A stretch of 64,000 nucleotides of DNA from Lama guanicoe (GCA_013239625.1 MU053645.1:558001-622000); one strand, 5' to 3'. Positions 24,011 through 37,769 are shown, counted from the stretch's first letter. Numbers and translations: made by a program. The notes: generated by a model from the letters alone, not told the origin.

Positions 24011-27000
24011 AAGAATCCTCTTTTACGGTACTCCCAGATGTAGGGACACTCCACTGAGTAGGAGGAGATGACGGCTGTGGGCTCAGGCAATGATCACCCA
24101 TATCATGTGTTCCTCTATGTTCTATAGCTTCCCTTGAAATTAGGTTGGCCATGTAGCTGAACTCTGGATAGCAGAGGAACTTTAGACGTGACACTGGTTT
24201 CCAGATCTGTAGAATAAAATAAGTTGGACTAAGTTTCCTTCTACTATGAATAAAGACTACTGAGATGTAGTTGGAATGCTGATAAGAGTAGATTAAACAC
24301 AATAAAACAATCCATTTGAAGAGGACAATTCGAAGATTACTAACAGAATTATTCATTGGCACACATGGACAAAAGAGAAGTCAAATAAAAGGTTTAAAGG
24401 AAACAATAGCCTAGTGGACTAATAGAACCATGGACCTGCCTTTGACAAATGAGAAGTTCCATTCTTACTGAGCTATTTCCACACATTACATGAAGGCAGG
24501 GTCTCCCTCTCATCTTTTGCAAATTTTAACCTGTGCCCACTGCTATCACCACTTTATTTTTTTTTAACCTGTCCCCTTTAAGAATAGTCTGCACATGAGA
24601 AGAATGTACAAACTAAAATACCAGAAATCAACACATAGAACCAAAGAGTAAACACAAACACAGGCTACCAATCTGCAAAGTTTAAGAGCTACTAGTTTGA
24701 TACACTAAGTGGTCACTTACGAGAACAGCTGTTATTAAGTTAATAAGCTAATTACTGTGCTGAGATAGGAAGTATCAACGCAGCCAGAAGTGAGTAGACC
24801 GATCATCCCTGCTACACATTTGTACATATACAATAGCACAGTCAATAGTAATTCTGACCTGTCTGATAATTGGTTAGACTAATAATCATTTACTCAGCAC
24901 TGATCCAGCTGATTCCTCACTAGTATGTTTAGTTTAATTGCCAAACTGCCTATCGGTGTCACAAAGAACTTTAATCTCCACACATCAATGGTTAATAACA
25001 AATCATCTTACTTTCCAAAAATATTAAAGAAGTTAATTAAATTGTACCTGAAAAAAAAGTTCTGAGTTACTTCGAGGAGTATACTGCATAAACATGAGAT
25101 GTAATTATTAAAATTAATGCTTCCCTTTCTGAAATTCTCTTATCTAGAGTTATCACAATCCTCTTCCTTTCTGAAGGACTTAACATTTTCCTATAATTGA
25201 GGCAAAGGGGTTTGCAAATGGGACCTTGACCAAAAGTCCCTCTCTAATGAAGGGTCTCACTCCAAATGTTCACATTTGTTTTGTTCCTTTGCTGACTCAT
25301 CATCACAATTGGCCTTGAGACGCACTATGGTTATCATCTCACCAAGTAAAAATCTTACTGAACCGCTTAGTTATTAATGGAAAATCATTACAGCAATGGG
25401 TGGCCCCTCAACACATTTGTAACTAAGGAAAACAATCTGTTATAGGTCCTCAGTGGACCAAACCCTCTGGTCATAGAAAACAGGTGTCTAAAGCATATGC
25501 AAAATACCAATATACAGGAGCTCCTGGGTTGCTATTGCATTTGGAAACAAAACCAAAGTATATTTTTGGACATGATACACACACTATTAATTAAATTTTC
25601 AAAATTCAGATATTGGCAAAAAAGAGACTGTTTCTGTCAGAAGTAGTCTTAGGCTATGTTTGTCCTCCACTTTTTTTTGATGGAGCTCCTTTTCACATCC
25701 ATGTGGTCTTAAACTGCTCCTGACTGCCAGGTGTGCCCTCCTCTTCATCACCCTAAGCCCCAGTTCCTTCCAACTTTCTTTTTCAGGGACTATGGCCACA
25801 GGGACAATACCTTTCTCTTATGGGAATCAAGTGCCAATCCTTTTAGGTCTAATGCGATTGTCTGATTTTTCAGTATCCATTTGCTGTCTGATTTCTTATT
25901 GCTTCTCAGCCTTTAACTTTCTTACCTTGCTAGGAATCCAAGATTGGTGTGTTCTATGATGTGACCTATTTGCTCATGACCTTGCTGTAAGCTTCCAGAC
26001 TTCAGATTGCTACTGTGACTCTAGACTACCAGCTATGGCTTCAAAAACCTCTGAGGTTTTCCTCCAGACCTCTTGCCTGGCCCTTATTTTGTGTTGACTC
26101 TGATCGATGGTTGCTCACTGTAATAATGCAGGAGATAATTAGGGAAAAGATGGGAAGGAAACTGGGAAGATTTCTGGTGTTCTCTGATTAACAGCAACAC
26201 ATGTGCCTATTAACAAAACCAGATATTTATATATGACCCCTGATAACTCTAAGTAATTTTTGGAAAGAACTGTTTCTAAGGGAGCAAAAGATCTTCTAAA
26301 GTTTAAGCCATATCTGTACAAATAAAGTGTAGAAGATAATTAAGAGACTTATCTAAATGATGCAAAGCTACCCTTCCACCTCAATTATGAACCAGCTAGA
26401 TGATATTTCCCTCAATTTTCTACAAGTTTACCTATAATATAAAATCAACTTTTATTTATATAAAATAATATAAGCTATTTGAGTTGGAAGGAGTGTCTAA
26501 ATTATTCTTTTCTCCCAGTTCATGTTGGATGTTAAGACACAGTCAAAATGTGTAGCTTTGTTTTTTCCCGTTTCTGGATATTTTAAAAGCATCCATTATC
26601 CACTGATTACATGTGTCAGAAGACAGAACTGCTGAAAAGTATTATAAAGCTGATGGTATTGATATTAATACTGGCAGAACATGCTATTAGGGAAGTGTCC
26701 TCAGTTGACACATATTCCTAATAAATTCTAAAAGCAGAGAGTTCCCTAATTTATTTTTTCAGTCTCTAATCTATCCTTCCTGTCAATGAGTGACACAGAT
26801 GGATTTCTTGATATCAGTTCAGATGCTAGAGTACATGCAGCTTTCTGGCCATTAAGTGTGCATCCCTATGGAAAGGTTTTCTATACCGCTTTGTGTTTCA
26901 TAGCCAGTTTTCAGGTCGTCTGCAGCTTCTGAATTAGTCTGTCATTGGAAAAGTGTGTTGGCCTGAGTTACAAAGGTCAAAAAGTCAAAATAATTCTCTC

Positions 27001-27138
27001 TTACTCATTTCTATTTTCACACTAAATATTCTTTTAACTTACTCCTATAAGATCATTTGCCTTCTGTCCAAAATCCATTTTTAAAAAGGGAACAAAACTA
27101 AGTCCCCAGTGCAGGAAGACTGAGTAAAAAACAGTACG

Positions 27139-27342
27139 AACATTAATGGACATTATGGGTAAGAACATTAATGGACATTATAAGTAAATGTTAAGAGTGT
27201 CAACTCAGGCCTCATTATTAACTGCTTACCAACTTGGGCAAACATTAATGGACATTATGGGTAAGAACATTAGTGGACATTATGAGTAAATGTTAAGAGT
27301 GTCAACTCAGGCCTCATTATAAACTGCTTACCAACTTGGGTA
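27139..27342. repeat. 102-bp tandem duplication with an internal 25-bp-period repeat
   Basis: Copies 27139-27240 and 27241-27342 differ at about 4 positions; 'aacatta(a/g)tggacattat' occurs four times. Confidence 0.95.
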
Positions 27343-28390
27343 AGTGTTTTTGACTTCTCTGAGACACATTTTCTCCTTTTAAAAATGGACCATACACATT
27401 TCTCCAAAGACATACAAATGGCAAATAAGCACACAAAGAGATGCTCAACATCATTAATCATTACAGAAATGCAAATCAAAACCAAAATAAGACACTACAA
27501 AATACCCATTAGGATAACTATTATAAAAAATGGAAAATAACAAGTGTCGGTGAGGGTGTGCATAAATTGGAATCCTTGTGTATTTCTACTGAGAATATAA
27601 AATGGTGCAGTTGCTTTGGACAAAAATCTGGCAGTTCCTTAAAAAGTTAAAAATAGAGTGACCGATGACTCAATAATTCTACTCCTAGGTAGGAATGATA
27701 ACCCCAAGAGAATTGATAACATATGTCCACACAAAAATTTGCACACTAATATTTACAAGCAGCATTGTTTTGTAATAGGCAAAGAGTGGTAATACCCAAA
27801 ATGTCCTTTAATTGATTAATGGATAAATAACATGCAGTACATCCATATAATAGAATATTATTTGCCAAGTGAAAAGGGATGAATTACTGATAGAAGCTGT
27901 AACATGTTTGAACTCTGAGAACAATATGCTAAGCATAATAAGCCAGTCCCAAAAGACCACATGTTGTATGATTTCATTTATATTAAATGTCCAGAATAGG
28001 CAAATTTACAGAAGTATAAATATACAGCAACATACAAAAATACAAATATATAGAAAGTTGATTAGTAGTTGCCTGGAGATGGTGGAGGGGGTAAAAGGGG
28101 ACTGAAAAGTGACTGCTCATGGGTTTGAAGTTTCTTTTGGGAATGTGGAAATGTTCTGAAATTGATTGTGGCAGTGGTTGCACAACTCTGCCTATATTAG
28201 AAACTATTGAAATGTATGATTGAAGTGGGTCACTTGTGTGGTATATGAACAGTATCTTAATAATTCTCATAAAAATGGGACAATAGTATCTATCTCATAA
28301 AATTATTGGGAGGATTAAATGAGATAATTCATATAAAGTACTTAACATAATGTCAGTACATGGTAAGCCAGCAATAAATGATAGCTCTAC
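27290..28390 (+). mobile_element. MIR split by an L1 insertion
   Basis: 5' part 'aacttgggtaagtg..cttctctgag..aaaaatgg' resumes at 28271 'aaaaatgggacaatagtatc..gaggattaaatgagataat'. Confidence 0.75.
27395..28270 (+). mobile_element. L1MB-type 3' end
   Basis: 'agacatacaaatggc..gatgctcaacatcatta', 'gaaatgttctgaaattgattgtggcagtggttgcacaactctg'; TSD-like aaaaatgg(g)ac(c/a)ata. Confidence 0.92.
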
Positions 28391-28639
28391 TAGTATACAA
28401 CTGCTAACAACAACTAGTGGCAGTAGTAGAGCTACTATTAAATCACACTACATATTATTATAACAATATAACTAGTAGTAGTAGTAGTAGAGATATTGTT
28501 AAATAGTTATTATTTTATTTAGAGTTATAACACATATATAGTTACTATTATTGTTGCTGTTGTTATTATTAAAATGTCTCTAGTAGCCTAATAGCTTTTT
28601 TGACGATATAATTTTGGGCCTAGATAAATTATCATACTC

Positions 28640-28885
28640 AGTATGCCATAATAAAAATAACAATAACTTTGGAGTCAAGATAAATCTGATTGAAATCCCA
28701 TTTTTACCACTTATTAAATATGTAGCCTCAGAAAAGTTATTTCATCTGTATGAGGCCGAGTTTCCTCACATGTGAAATGGTTCAACAATACCTACTACTA
28801 CTTTGGGCTCTTATGAGGAATAAATAAGAGAGTTTATGCATAAATGCCCATTGTAGCGGCTATAAATAGTAAACTCTCAAATAAT
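28640..28885 (+). mobile_element. MIR SINE
   Basis: 'ctttggagtcaaga..ttgaaatccc..gtttcctcacatgtgaaatgg..tatgaggaataaat'. Confidence 0.8.
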
Positions 28886-29989
28886 TTTGTTTTGATATGT
28901 GTAAAATCATGGTATTGGCATTAATGAAAGTGTGATGAAACACCTTCAAGCTTATATTAATATCCCAATGAGATATAAATTTCATCAGTGCCCCCAAAAT
29001 AGCAACATATGGGATAGAGTTCTGGTCTACAATCATGTTGTTCCTAAGATATTCATAATAAACTTGTTACATTACAGATAAATCATTAGTGAAGTGTTAA
29101 CTTTTTCTTTTCATTTTCAAGAGTCTCAAAGCAAGTATGACTAAATTATATAAACTTACACAAAGTAATTAAACCAGTCACAGTTTCAAGCATTAATATG
29201 GTAACCAACTCTTAGGGAAAAGGCTTAGCCCATAATTTCCAAAGTTGTACCTAATATACATGTTGTACAATCTAGGCAATAGAATGGTTTGCAGTTTGGG
29301 GTAGTCCATGCTAAGTTTGTACATGTTATGCTGCAAAAAATAGATCTTTTGGAAACAGCTCACTAACCCTAGAATATCTACAAGGGACAGTGAATGCTGC
29401 CATGAACCAGCTCCAATTACATGTGCCAAGAATGCTGAGTGAACTCAGGATACCCTTCTTCTTCCTCTCCAAAGTCTTTACTTTTTCAAGATTAAATGAC
29501 GATTTTCAAGGAGTTATTTCAAGCTAAAAGCATAGGAGGAGCACACAAAAGCAAAAAAAAAAATTAAATCCCCTGCTATGGCCATTATACACTCGACGCA
29601 TATACTAAGACATGATCCGAGCTAATGAAATGATCATGTATTGCTATTCGTATTGGTATTAATTACAGCTTGACATTTTAACTCAGTCGGTGACTTGCTT
29701 TGGTTTATTTGTTCTATGACAACTAGAAAGACTTGGCTTAATTTTGCTAAACTGAGGAGACTTGGGGATATCATAAATTGCCATTTTTAGTATTTGCCAT
29801 ATTGAAGAAATGGTGGACAATTTATTATTTCCAAAGGTTTTATCTTTGGCAATTTTAAATTGTTTTCAAATAAATTTAGCATTTAATTGAAGTTATACAG
29901 ATTTGTCATTACATTAAGTTAAAGTCAAAGACTGTAGAACTGTTAATTTATGAGGTCTTGCCACAAAAAAGTCACACTCCCTTTTCTCA

Positions 29990-30165
29990 TCTCTGTTTTG
30001 GCAGCTATCATATTACATTATAATTCTGCTTACACATCTGTCTTCCCCACTAGACTGAGAAACATCTTAAGGCCAAGGACCTCGTTTTATTCACTCCTAT
30101 ATCCCCAAGAGCTAACACAGTGTTTGTCATCCACTAAGAAGTCAAAAAATGTTTTTAGGTAAATT
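29990..30165 (+). mobile_element. L2 3' end
   Basis: 'ctgtcttccccactagactgag..caaggacc..atatccccaagagctaacacagtg'. Confidence 0.75.
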
Positions 30166-31742
30166 GAGTTTAAAAAATGATAGATTTGGTTGCACAGCTA
30201 ATTTCCTAATTCAGGGTTAAATTAGTTATTAATTTTTGTGTTGTAGTCCTGAGTTTTGCATTAAATATTATATTTTGCCTTATTCTCTTAAAGTCTTTTA
30301 CAGTAGTCTCTCAGGGGACCGAGTATAATTTTCAGTAGAAACTGACATGCAGGTGAAATCGATTTCTGACGAAGATTAACACACCTTATATACACAGAGA
30401 AACTTTGAGCCAGTAGCACCTAACACAGTCATGAAATATGAATTTAAACAGCCTGTAAAAATAAAATAAATTCTGAATGAGAAGAGAAGGGAAATGAAGA
30501 GAATCTTTCATACCGGGTCAGATTCATCTGGTATTCAATTAGCTTGGACTATTTCACTGGTTTGAGTTTTTCTTATATGATTTAGGCACCCAGGCTTTCT
30601 TTTTGACTCTTTGACACAAAAAGAGAAGTAAATGGTGTTTATTTTCTGCACAACACTGACTGGTAATTTAAGTCTTAGGAAACCTCCAGGAAAAATAGTT
30701 AACATCATCAAAGAGAAGAACAGGGCATATTTTCAAATTCACCTTTAATTGAAATTAAATGTCAGATCTCAAATCTTTTCACCCATGTTTGTTCGTGGCT
30801 GTTTCAAAGTTTCTAGAAGTCTGCTACAGTTTGTAAAGCATGCATTTGGGTTCCTTAAAAAAGCAGTGTCCAAAAGAAGCGGCCTACCTTGCATCAACAC
30901 ATTTCAAGTGGGGCATATGTCATTATGATGGCTTAATAATTTGGTGTTAAAGTACAATATAAATTAATATACTGTGATGCAGTGTTATTTTTCTTATAAA
31001 AATTATTGAAAATATATTCCTTTTCAACTGCCAAAATCATAATTAGCCCTGGTATAGCAACGGTTTATTCACCAAATTTAAATCTAAATTTACCTCCAGA
31101 GGGAGAAAAGAAATGGCAGATAACAAGACCAAATTAGATTTGTTGTGAGTGTTTGGTACATTACTTTTATCTTTATATTTTACACATTACCACAGGCAGC
31201 TTTAGCTGAATAGGCTTACTTTGTGAGAGCAATAGTTTTAATACTATTTCGTTAAGAACATGTTTAACATCTCAAAATATATAGTTATTTGGTTAAGATT
31301 AATCTTCTTTCAGCATTACAATGTGAACACAATTTAGCAACAACCAAACTGTCATCACTATGTCAGCAAAAAGTATGTAAATTTCCAGAATCTTGTGGAT
31401 GACTAATGGATTACACTATAGCAGAAAGTCAAGATGTTTATTTTCCTCTAGAGACACAACAAAACATCTGTACTGATGCCGGCTCCATGCACTAAAATGT
31501 ATTCATTTCTACTAAAATGTTTAATTTACTGGATTGCCTTTACAAATATGCAGAACTGAGACCTGAGTGTAACTCTTAAACAAATACATAAATAATTATT
31601 CCAGACCATGTTTTCTAAAACTACCTTGAAGCTTGTACACAAATATTTCTTACAATATTTCTAATTTTGCATACAATGCCTGCGTGGGATTCTTATTCAT
31701 GAGGAAAATGGAATTAAAGATGTTCTAGGGAAAATTAATGTT

Positions 31743-32242
31743 TGTTCTGGGTATCTATTGTTTAACAAACACCTAGCTTTGTGGCTAATGACAACCATTT
31801 TACTTTGCTTATGAATTTTTGGGTCAGAAATCTGAGAAGAGTTCAGCTCAATGGTTTGCCTCTGACCTACATGGCATACATAAGTCAGGGCAGCTGGGGC
31901 TGGAGGGTCCACTTCCAACATGGCTTCTATATTCATGTGTCCGGTGCCTGGCTGCTTTATTGGCCTCTCTTCCTCCACATGGAGTCTCATCCTCTAGGGC
32001 CTCTACATGCAGCTTGAGTTTCTCACAGCATGGTAGTTTCAGACCAGACCAAGAGACACGAAGAGATGTTACAAGATTTCTTTTGACACAGCCTCTAATA
32101 TCTCAGAATATCATTTCTGCAGTACTCTATTGGTCAAATATATCCCTAACGCCAGTCCAGTTTCAAGAGGAGGGGAATGAGGAACTATGTTTAAATGGTA
32201 GGAATAGGAAAAAAAAACTGTGGCTAACTTTAATCTACTACA
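31743..32242 (-). mobile_element. MaLR LTR (MLT1G/H-like)
   Basis: 'ggggctggagggtccacttccaacatggcttc', 'tttctcacagcatggtag', end 'tttaatctactaca'. Confidence 0.85.
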
Positions 32243-34637
32243 ATGTTGTCTCAGATTTTTAAATATTGAGATTTGGGAAAACTGAACTTGGTAATGTACT
32301 TAGTCATTTGGCTTGGATTGTTGTATTTTTTGGTAGTTCTGGTTTTAGTTCTAGTTTAAGGATGTCTAAAGCTACATGTGCTTTATAAACTTTTAAAAAT
32401 GAACGAAAACAATTTTCAGAAGTTTTCATGACCTGACTGAATTCTGAATGTTTTCAAGATATAGACAGAGATGTCCAATCACGCCAGTTATCTGTCTCTA
32501 GCTCTTTTTTATGCCTGGGGTTTCTAAACCTTCATCATTCTGACTGCAGAGCCCCCATCAACACTAAAGAGTTCTCTGACATTTATAGTGCTCCTAACAT
32601 CACTTCAGTATTGAGGCATAAGAGTAAATTACAAAATGACTTCCAGTTGTGAATAAACGTACTAAATAAATCTGTGGAAAAGTTAAAATCACTTAAAATT
32701 AACCAGCCATGTGCTCCTTGAAATGCCAAAGATCTTATTTAACTGATTTTGTTTTTCTTTCTCTGAATTACACGGTTGATTTAGCATCTTGGAGAAACAG
32801 CCTTTCTAGAATGAAAAATGGGCAGGTCTCCATGTTTCTGTCAATAAAGTTGTTTCCAAATTGTGTAACAAACTAAAAACTGAAAAGTTCAGCTTTGCAT
32901 CTAATGTAAATTGGAAGCAAATTGCTTTAGTAATTTTACAGGGTAATGCTGGTGAGTTATTTTGGCATATATACCTATGTTGGAATATATATTTATACAA
33001 AGCACACATCTCAGAGATTTCCTGAATAGCACACACAAGTGTGACACCCAGTGAACCTGAATGAATTTTACTCCCTACAAGGGTCTCCCTCCTTGCTTTA
33101 GAACAATATTCCTCAAACTCTTCTGCTGAAGTTTTCTTAATGGCAGAGGAGAATGAAGACATATCCACCCAGGGGACACAAACACAAAAGTTAGTTCTGT
33201 TTTATTTGAAATAGTTGTGTGAATTTTTCTTTCTACTTCTCAATTTATGTTTTCATATAAAAATAACTTATCCACTTGAATCTCCATGAAAACAAATGAT
33301 ATGAGATTATCTTACGGCTTCACGTAACCCCTGGCAAACCACAGAGTACCCTTGAAGTATTTTTATACCAGTGTGAATGGAAAGATGTAAGTAAAACTTA
33401 CTGAGGGAGTGTCAGCACATCTAGATTTGGTTTTAACAAAATGTGATGACTCTGCATAATAATATACAAGGTGTGGGGGGAGAGCCAGAGTCTAATAGTT
33501 CAACATTATCTACAAAATATTCACCATTTCCATAGCCCACTCCTGACAACATGTTTATTATTTTCTCTTCTTTTTGTTTTAAAATACTTAACTCTGGTCC
33601 TCAAACTGCTAGGCTGCATTAAATATAATGTGCTATATTTCATTTTAGAAAAATGACCAAGCTCTTAGGAATGTAATTTTCCCTCACCTATTTTCAAGAC
33701 AGAAATAAGCCTCTAACAATCCAAGGTGGATTGAAAAGATCAAAAGTTGAGTCAAAAACTACCAAAGTTAGTGAAATATTGATGCCAATTCATCTTCCCT
33801 CACTATATAATTGGTACGTATCACTATGGTCACATACTTCAATAAGTCATATGCCCCAAGTAAGTTAAATACATTTCTAGCATATTTACTCAGTTCTCTT
33901 GTTTAGAATTGAAGAAATTATTAGAATTGAAGAATAGAATAAAACCTAAGATAGACTAAAGATCACAGGTATTAAAGGCCATTGTTTGAAAGAGACACTA
34001 GCAGGCCTCTGAGTTTCAAGCTTACAGTTCTTGAAATATAAAGTTAGTGGTAGGAGACTCAAAAAGGAGGCTCAAAACCTTGTGTCCTTATTTGAGTCTG
34101 TAAAAAGACAAGAGCACCCATAAATCAACTTACTTTTTCCAACACCATATGATTCATAAATATTCAGGATCTCAACCTAAAAAAAAGTTTTAAATAGCCC
34201 TGGGTTGTGCCATTGGAAGTCATATTACCAAATCATTTTGAAGGCTGTACTGAGGGGCTATTTTATTTTAAAAAGTGCTTGATCAGCATGAGTTAATGCT
34301 CTCTAAATACAAATTTGGGGCTGACAAGCATGGGAAGTTTTCTGTACCAATCACTAATGCATGACACCTATGAATCTATCAATCACAGACTTAAAAAGCT
34401 CTGTCCTACAGCACACTTCATATCCAGTGTAACCAATTAGTATTACCATTCCTTGATGCAATACAAATTCATTTCCTTAAACTGCTATTGCACTAAACTC
34501 CAAGGTTATAAATGAGCAGGCACAAATTGATTTGCATGTAATAACAGTAGCAATAAACCTTTCCTGGTTCATGCAATTTTTCCCATCTGCTAACAGAGAG
34601 TAAGTTTAGGATCTATTATTCCTGGAAGGAGACTTAC

Positions 34638-34712
34638 CCAGCTGGACATCTATAACACTTGGCTGATTCTCCATGGGGAACAATGGCTTGGGAGGCTTGT
34701 CTGTGAGTAAAG
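34638..34712 (-). other. Candidate 75-nt cassette exon of an unidentified host transcript
   Basis: Acceptor ccttttttcattttctcttctag|, donor TGG|gtaagt; length divisible by 3; two frames open; unique flanks. Confidence 0.45.
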
Positions 34713-35179
34713 CTAGAAGAGAAAATGAAAAAAGGTAATAGAAAAATTGAGATTAAATTACAGGATGAGAAAGATTCTATGGTGTATGATATTTAACGTT
34801 TGTAGACTTGATACTGTGTAAACGTTTATTAGACAGTGTTCCTACTTGAGTAGTTACTATACCCATACAATACCCATTCTCCAGCACATTTAGAGCAGCA
34901 TTAATTCACTGTAAATAGGTCATTTTGACAGCTACACTTGCCAACAAGATCAAACAAATGGTCTATTTTGAGTTGTTGTATAAGCTTGTGAGTGTGAAGA
35001 AATATAGATTTTAAAAGTATAATCATATAAATGTTAAATCTTCATTCCTACTTGGTGGTACTAAATGTTCTTAATGAAACTGCTAGTGGGTTGAACCTTC
35101 TGCACCTCTGAATCATACCTCATTCCCCACCTCAACCTCTAAAACAATATGATAAAACACTGGGACATTTAGTAGCATA

Positions 35180-35990
35180 ATTGATCAAAAAAACTGATTG
35201 AACATCTTCTGTCCACTAAATCTTGTGCTAAGTATTAAGGGAGAAGAAAGTAAAGTTTTTATCTTTGCCTTCAATTTACATTCTAGGAATATGAACACAG
35301 AATCAGAACATCAAAATAAAGAGATAATAGAACAAAGAAAACAGTCTAGTAAAAAAATGTAGCATTTGAGTTACAAGGCTATATATATGGTAAAGGAATG
35401 GAGAAAGGAGAGGTCAGTATTTGCTGGCAGGGTTGGGGAAAGTTTCTGAAGGATATGGGTCTCCACACAGACTTTAAGGAATGGAGAAGATTTGGAATGG
35501 CAGAATAAGGAAGAAGAATGGCAGGAAAAACTAATAACACAAATTGAGAAACACAGGTAGAACTTAGCAAGCATACTGTAACTAGAGTAGAATAATCTGG
35601 TAAGAAGGAATTGGGTGGGTGGGGTAAAAGCAAGTCACTCATGATGTGGAGTGACTGGAAATAACAGGAGATAGACAGGACAGAGCTTGATTCTGGAAGA
35701 TCCTGAGAAACATGCAGAGGAATTTGGACACGATGTAGTAGACCAGAAGGCCATTGTAGACTTTTGGAACAACAGTAACAAAAGACTCAAGGGAAGTACT
35801 GTCTAAAGATGATTGGCTTGATATATAGAATGTAGAATGGGCTGGAAAAGAACAAAACAAGCTAAGAGTATGAGGTAACAATGCTGCAGTGAGAGGATGA
35901 GCAGTCAGAGTGGTAAAGTCTGGGGAAAGTTTTTTTTAAAGGAGGCAAACTTAAGAGGCCTTTAGAAAAAAGAAATGTGAGGACTTGGCA
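35180..35990 (-). mobile_element. L2 (long antisense fragment)
   Basis: 'tgattgaacatcttctg..tgtgctaagt', purine-rich body, 'gaaggccattgtagacttttggaac'. Confidence 0.7.
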
Positions 35991-36067
35991 CAAATACAAA
36001 ATGCTTTATGCCAAATCTTATATCAAGCTATTATTTATATCCTGAGTTCCTTTTAATTGTTCCCGTA

Positions 36068-36250
36068 TTTTTTTTATTGAAGTATAGTTGGTTTACGATG
36101 TGTTGATTTCTGGTGTACAGCATAGTGATTCAGTTATACATATATATTCCTTTTTATACTCTTTTTCATTATAGGCTATTACAAGCTATTGAATATAGTC
36201 CCCTGTGCTATACAGTAGGACCTTGCTGCTTATCTATTTCATATATAGTA
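36068..36250 (-). mobile_element. L1 3' terminus (cetartiodactyl-type)
   Basis: poly-T then 'attgaagtatagttg..tgtacagcatagtgattcagt..ccctgtgctatacagtagg'. Confidence 0.9.
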
Positions 36251-36859
36251 GTCAACTATCCAACTGGACTATTACCTATTAAGGGGAAATGTTTTATTCT
36301 TCTTTGTAATTCACAAGAGACAAAGAATAGAGCTGGGTAATTAGAGATAATCATTAAACCATGGTTAATTGATTGGCTTAGGAATTCCCTGACAACACGA
36401 GAGAAGTTCATTTCATATTGCAAAGATATTTAGAGGAAGAGAGAAACTTAAATTAATCAAAAGATAGGTAAGATTAGGGAAATATACAAATTTGGCAAGA
36501 TTCCCAAAATAATTTTTCATAACAAACAAATGAACCAGAAAAGAGCTTTACATAACATTAGCTTAATCTTCCTGATATCCAAACTGCTAAGGGAAAATTT
36601 TTCGTGAATTGTTCTCATTTTTCCAACAAATCTTTATTGATGGCCTGCAAGACATCTTGTTTTTATGGAATTGAATAATACATTTTTCTAAGTTGATTTT
36701 GGCAAAATATAGACAAACATACAAATACAATATCTACAGTCTCCATTTCTTCAATATTTCAGTTACTCTTCATCTTACATTTAAATATTATGTGAAATAT
36801 AAAGGATATATTTTAAACAAAATTTAAATATTTGTATTCAAAATCCAGTCACAGGTCAA

Positions 36860-37360
36860 TTTTATTATTTGCTATTGTTTGTAATAGCAAAATACTGAAA
36901 ACAACCAAATTATCTATCAGTAGGAGACTGGTTAAATAATACTATGTTATTTCCATATAATGATGTACTACAACGCACAGTTTAAAAGAATTAGGCAAAC
37001 CTGTGTATCTATTATAAAAATATCTCCAAGATAGAGTATTCAATGCAAAGTAGTGTTCCAAACAGAGTGCACAGTATACTATCCTTTGTGTAGAATACAT
37101 ATGTGTGTGTGTGTGTTTGTGTGCACACATGTATATATAAACTTGTTTGTGTAAGTATGGCATAATTCTGAATTAATACATGTGAAACTTGTAACAGTGA
37201 TTTCCTCTAAGGAGAGGAACTGGGTGGCTGAGGAATAGTAGAGTGTGAGGTGGGAGAAGGGTGGTATGGACAGGCAGAGGAAGATTCCATTTTCACTGTA
37301 TACCTTTTATACATTTTGAATAACATGCTTATATTGTGTACTCAAAACATGAATAATTTT
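36860..37360 (+). mobile_element. L1ME-type 3' end
   Basis: 'ttgtttgtaatagcaaaatactgaaaacaacc..gactggttaaataa', 'ttttcactgtatacctttta'. Confidence 0.8.
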
Positions 37361-37769
37361 ATTATTTAATTTTAATTAATTAAAGTCCAGCCACCTATAT
37401 TTTATTTATAAAATAATCATTTTGGTTACTTTGTAGAACCACTGTCAATTTGCCTTACACATCGATATTATAGACACTTAGATTTCTGGAAACTGTTCTT
37501 AGTCTTATTTTCAAATATGTCCTGCCTCCAAATGAATTAATTGGGATGTGATGGGTGGGAAGTGACTGTAAGTAATGTTTATAATGCTCAAAGAGAAATA
37601 TCTTGTCCTACTTTCATCAGGATATGAATTTGAAGACATTGTAGCCCCCCATTCTTATCTCCTGCCATGGATAATGGATATATTTACTCTAATTTTATTA
37701 TTGTTAAATGTCAATTACTGAAGTGATATTTATTAGTGTTGATGGTAATTTTAAGTGCCTTACATTTTC

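Noticed and set aside
23862..24362. 166-aa minus-strand ORF
   Set aside because: Partly antisense to the L3/CR1 relic, with no recognisable homology.
27139..27342. Four copies of an 18-nt motif resembling a CRISPR-like array
   Set aside because: The 'spacers' are duplicates of each other, the context is eukaryotic and there are no cas genes; it is a nested tandem duplication.
30385..30452. Minus-strand 68-nt exon candidate (tttattttatttttacag| ... AAG|gtgtgt)
   Set aside because: Mediocre donor, AT-rich body and an unrecognisable peptide; within chance expectation.
31697..32262. Three overlapping ORFs
   Set aside because: They lie almost wholly within an MLT1 LTR, whose higher GC content reduces stop codons.
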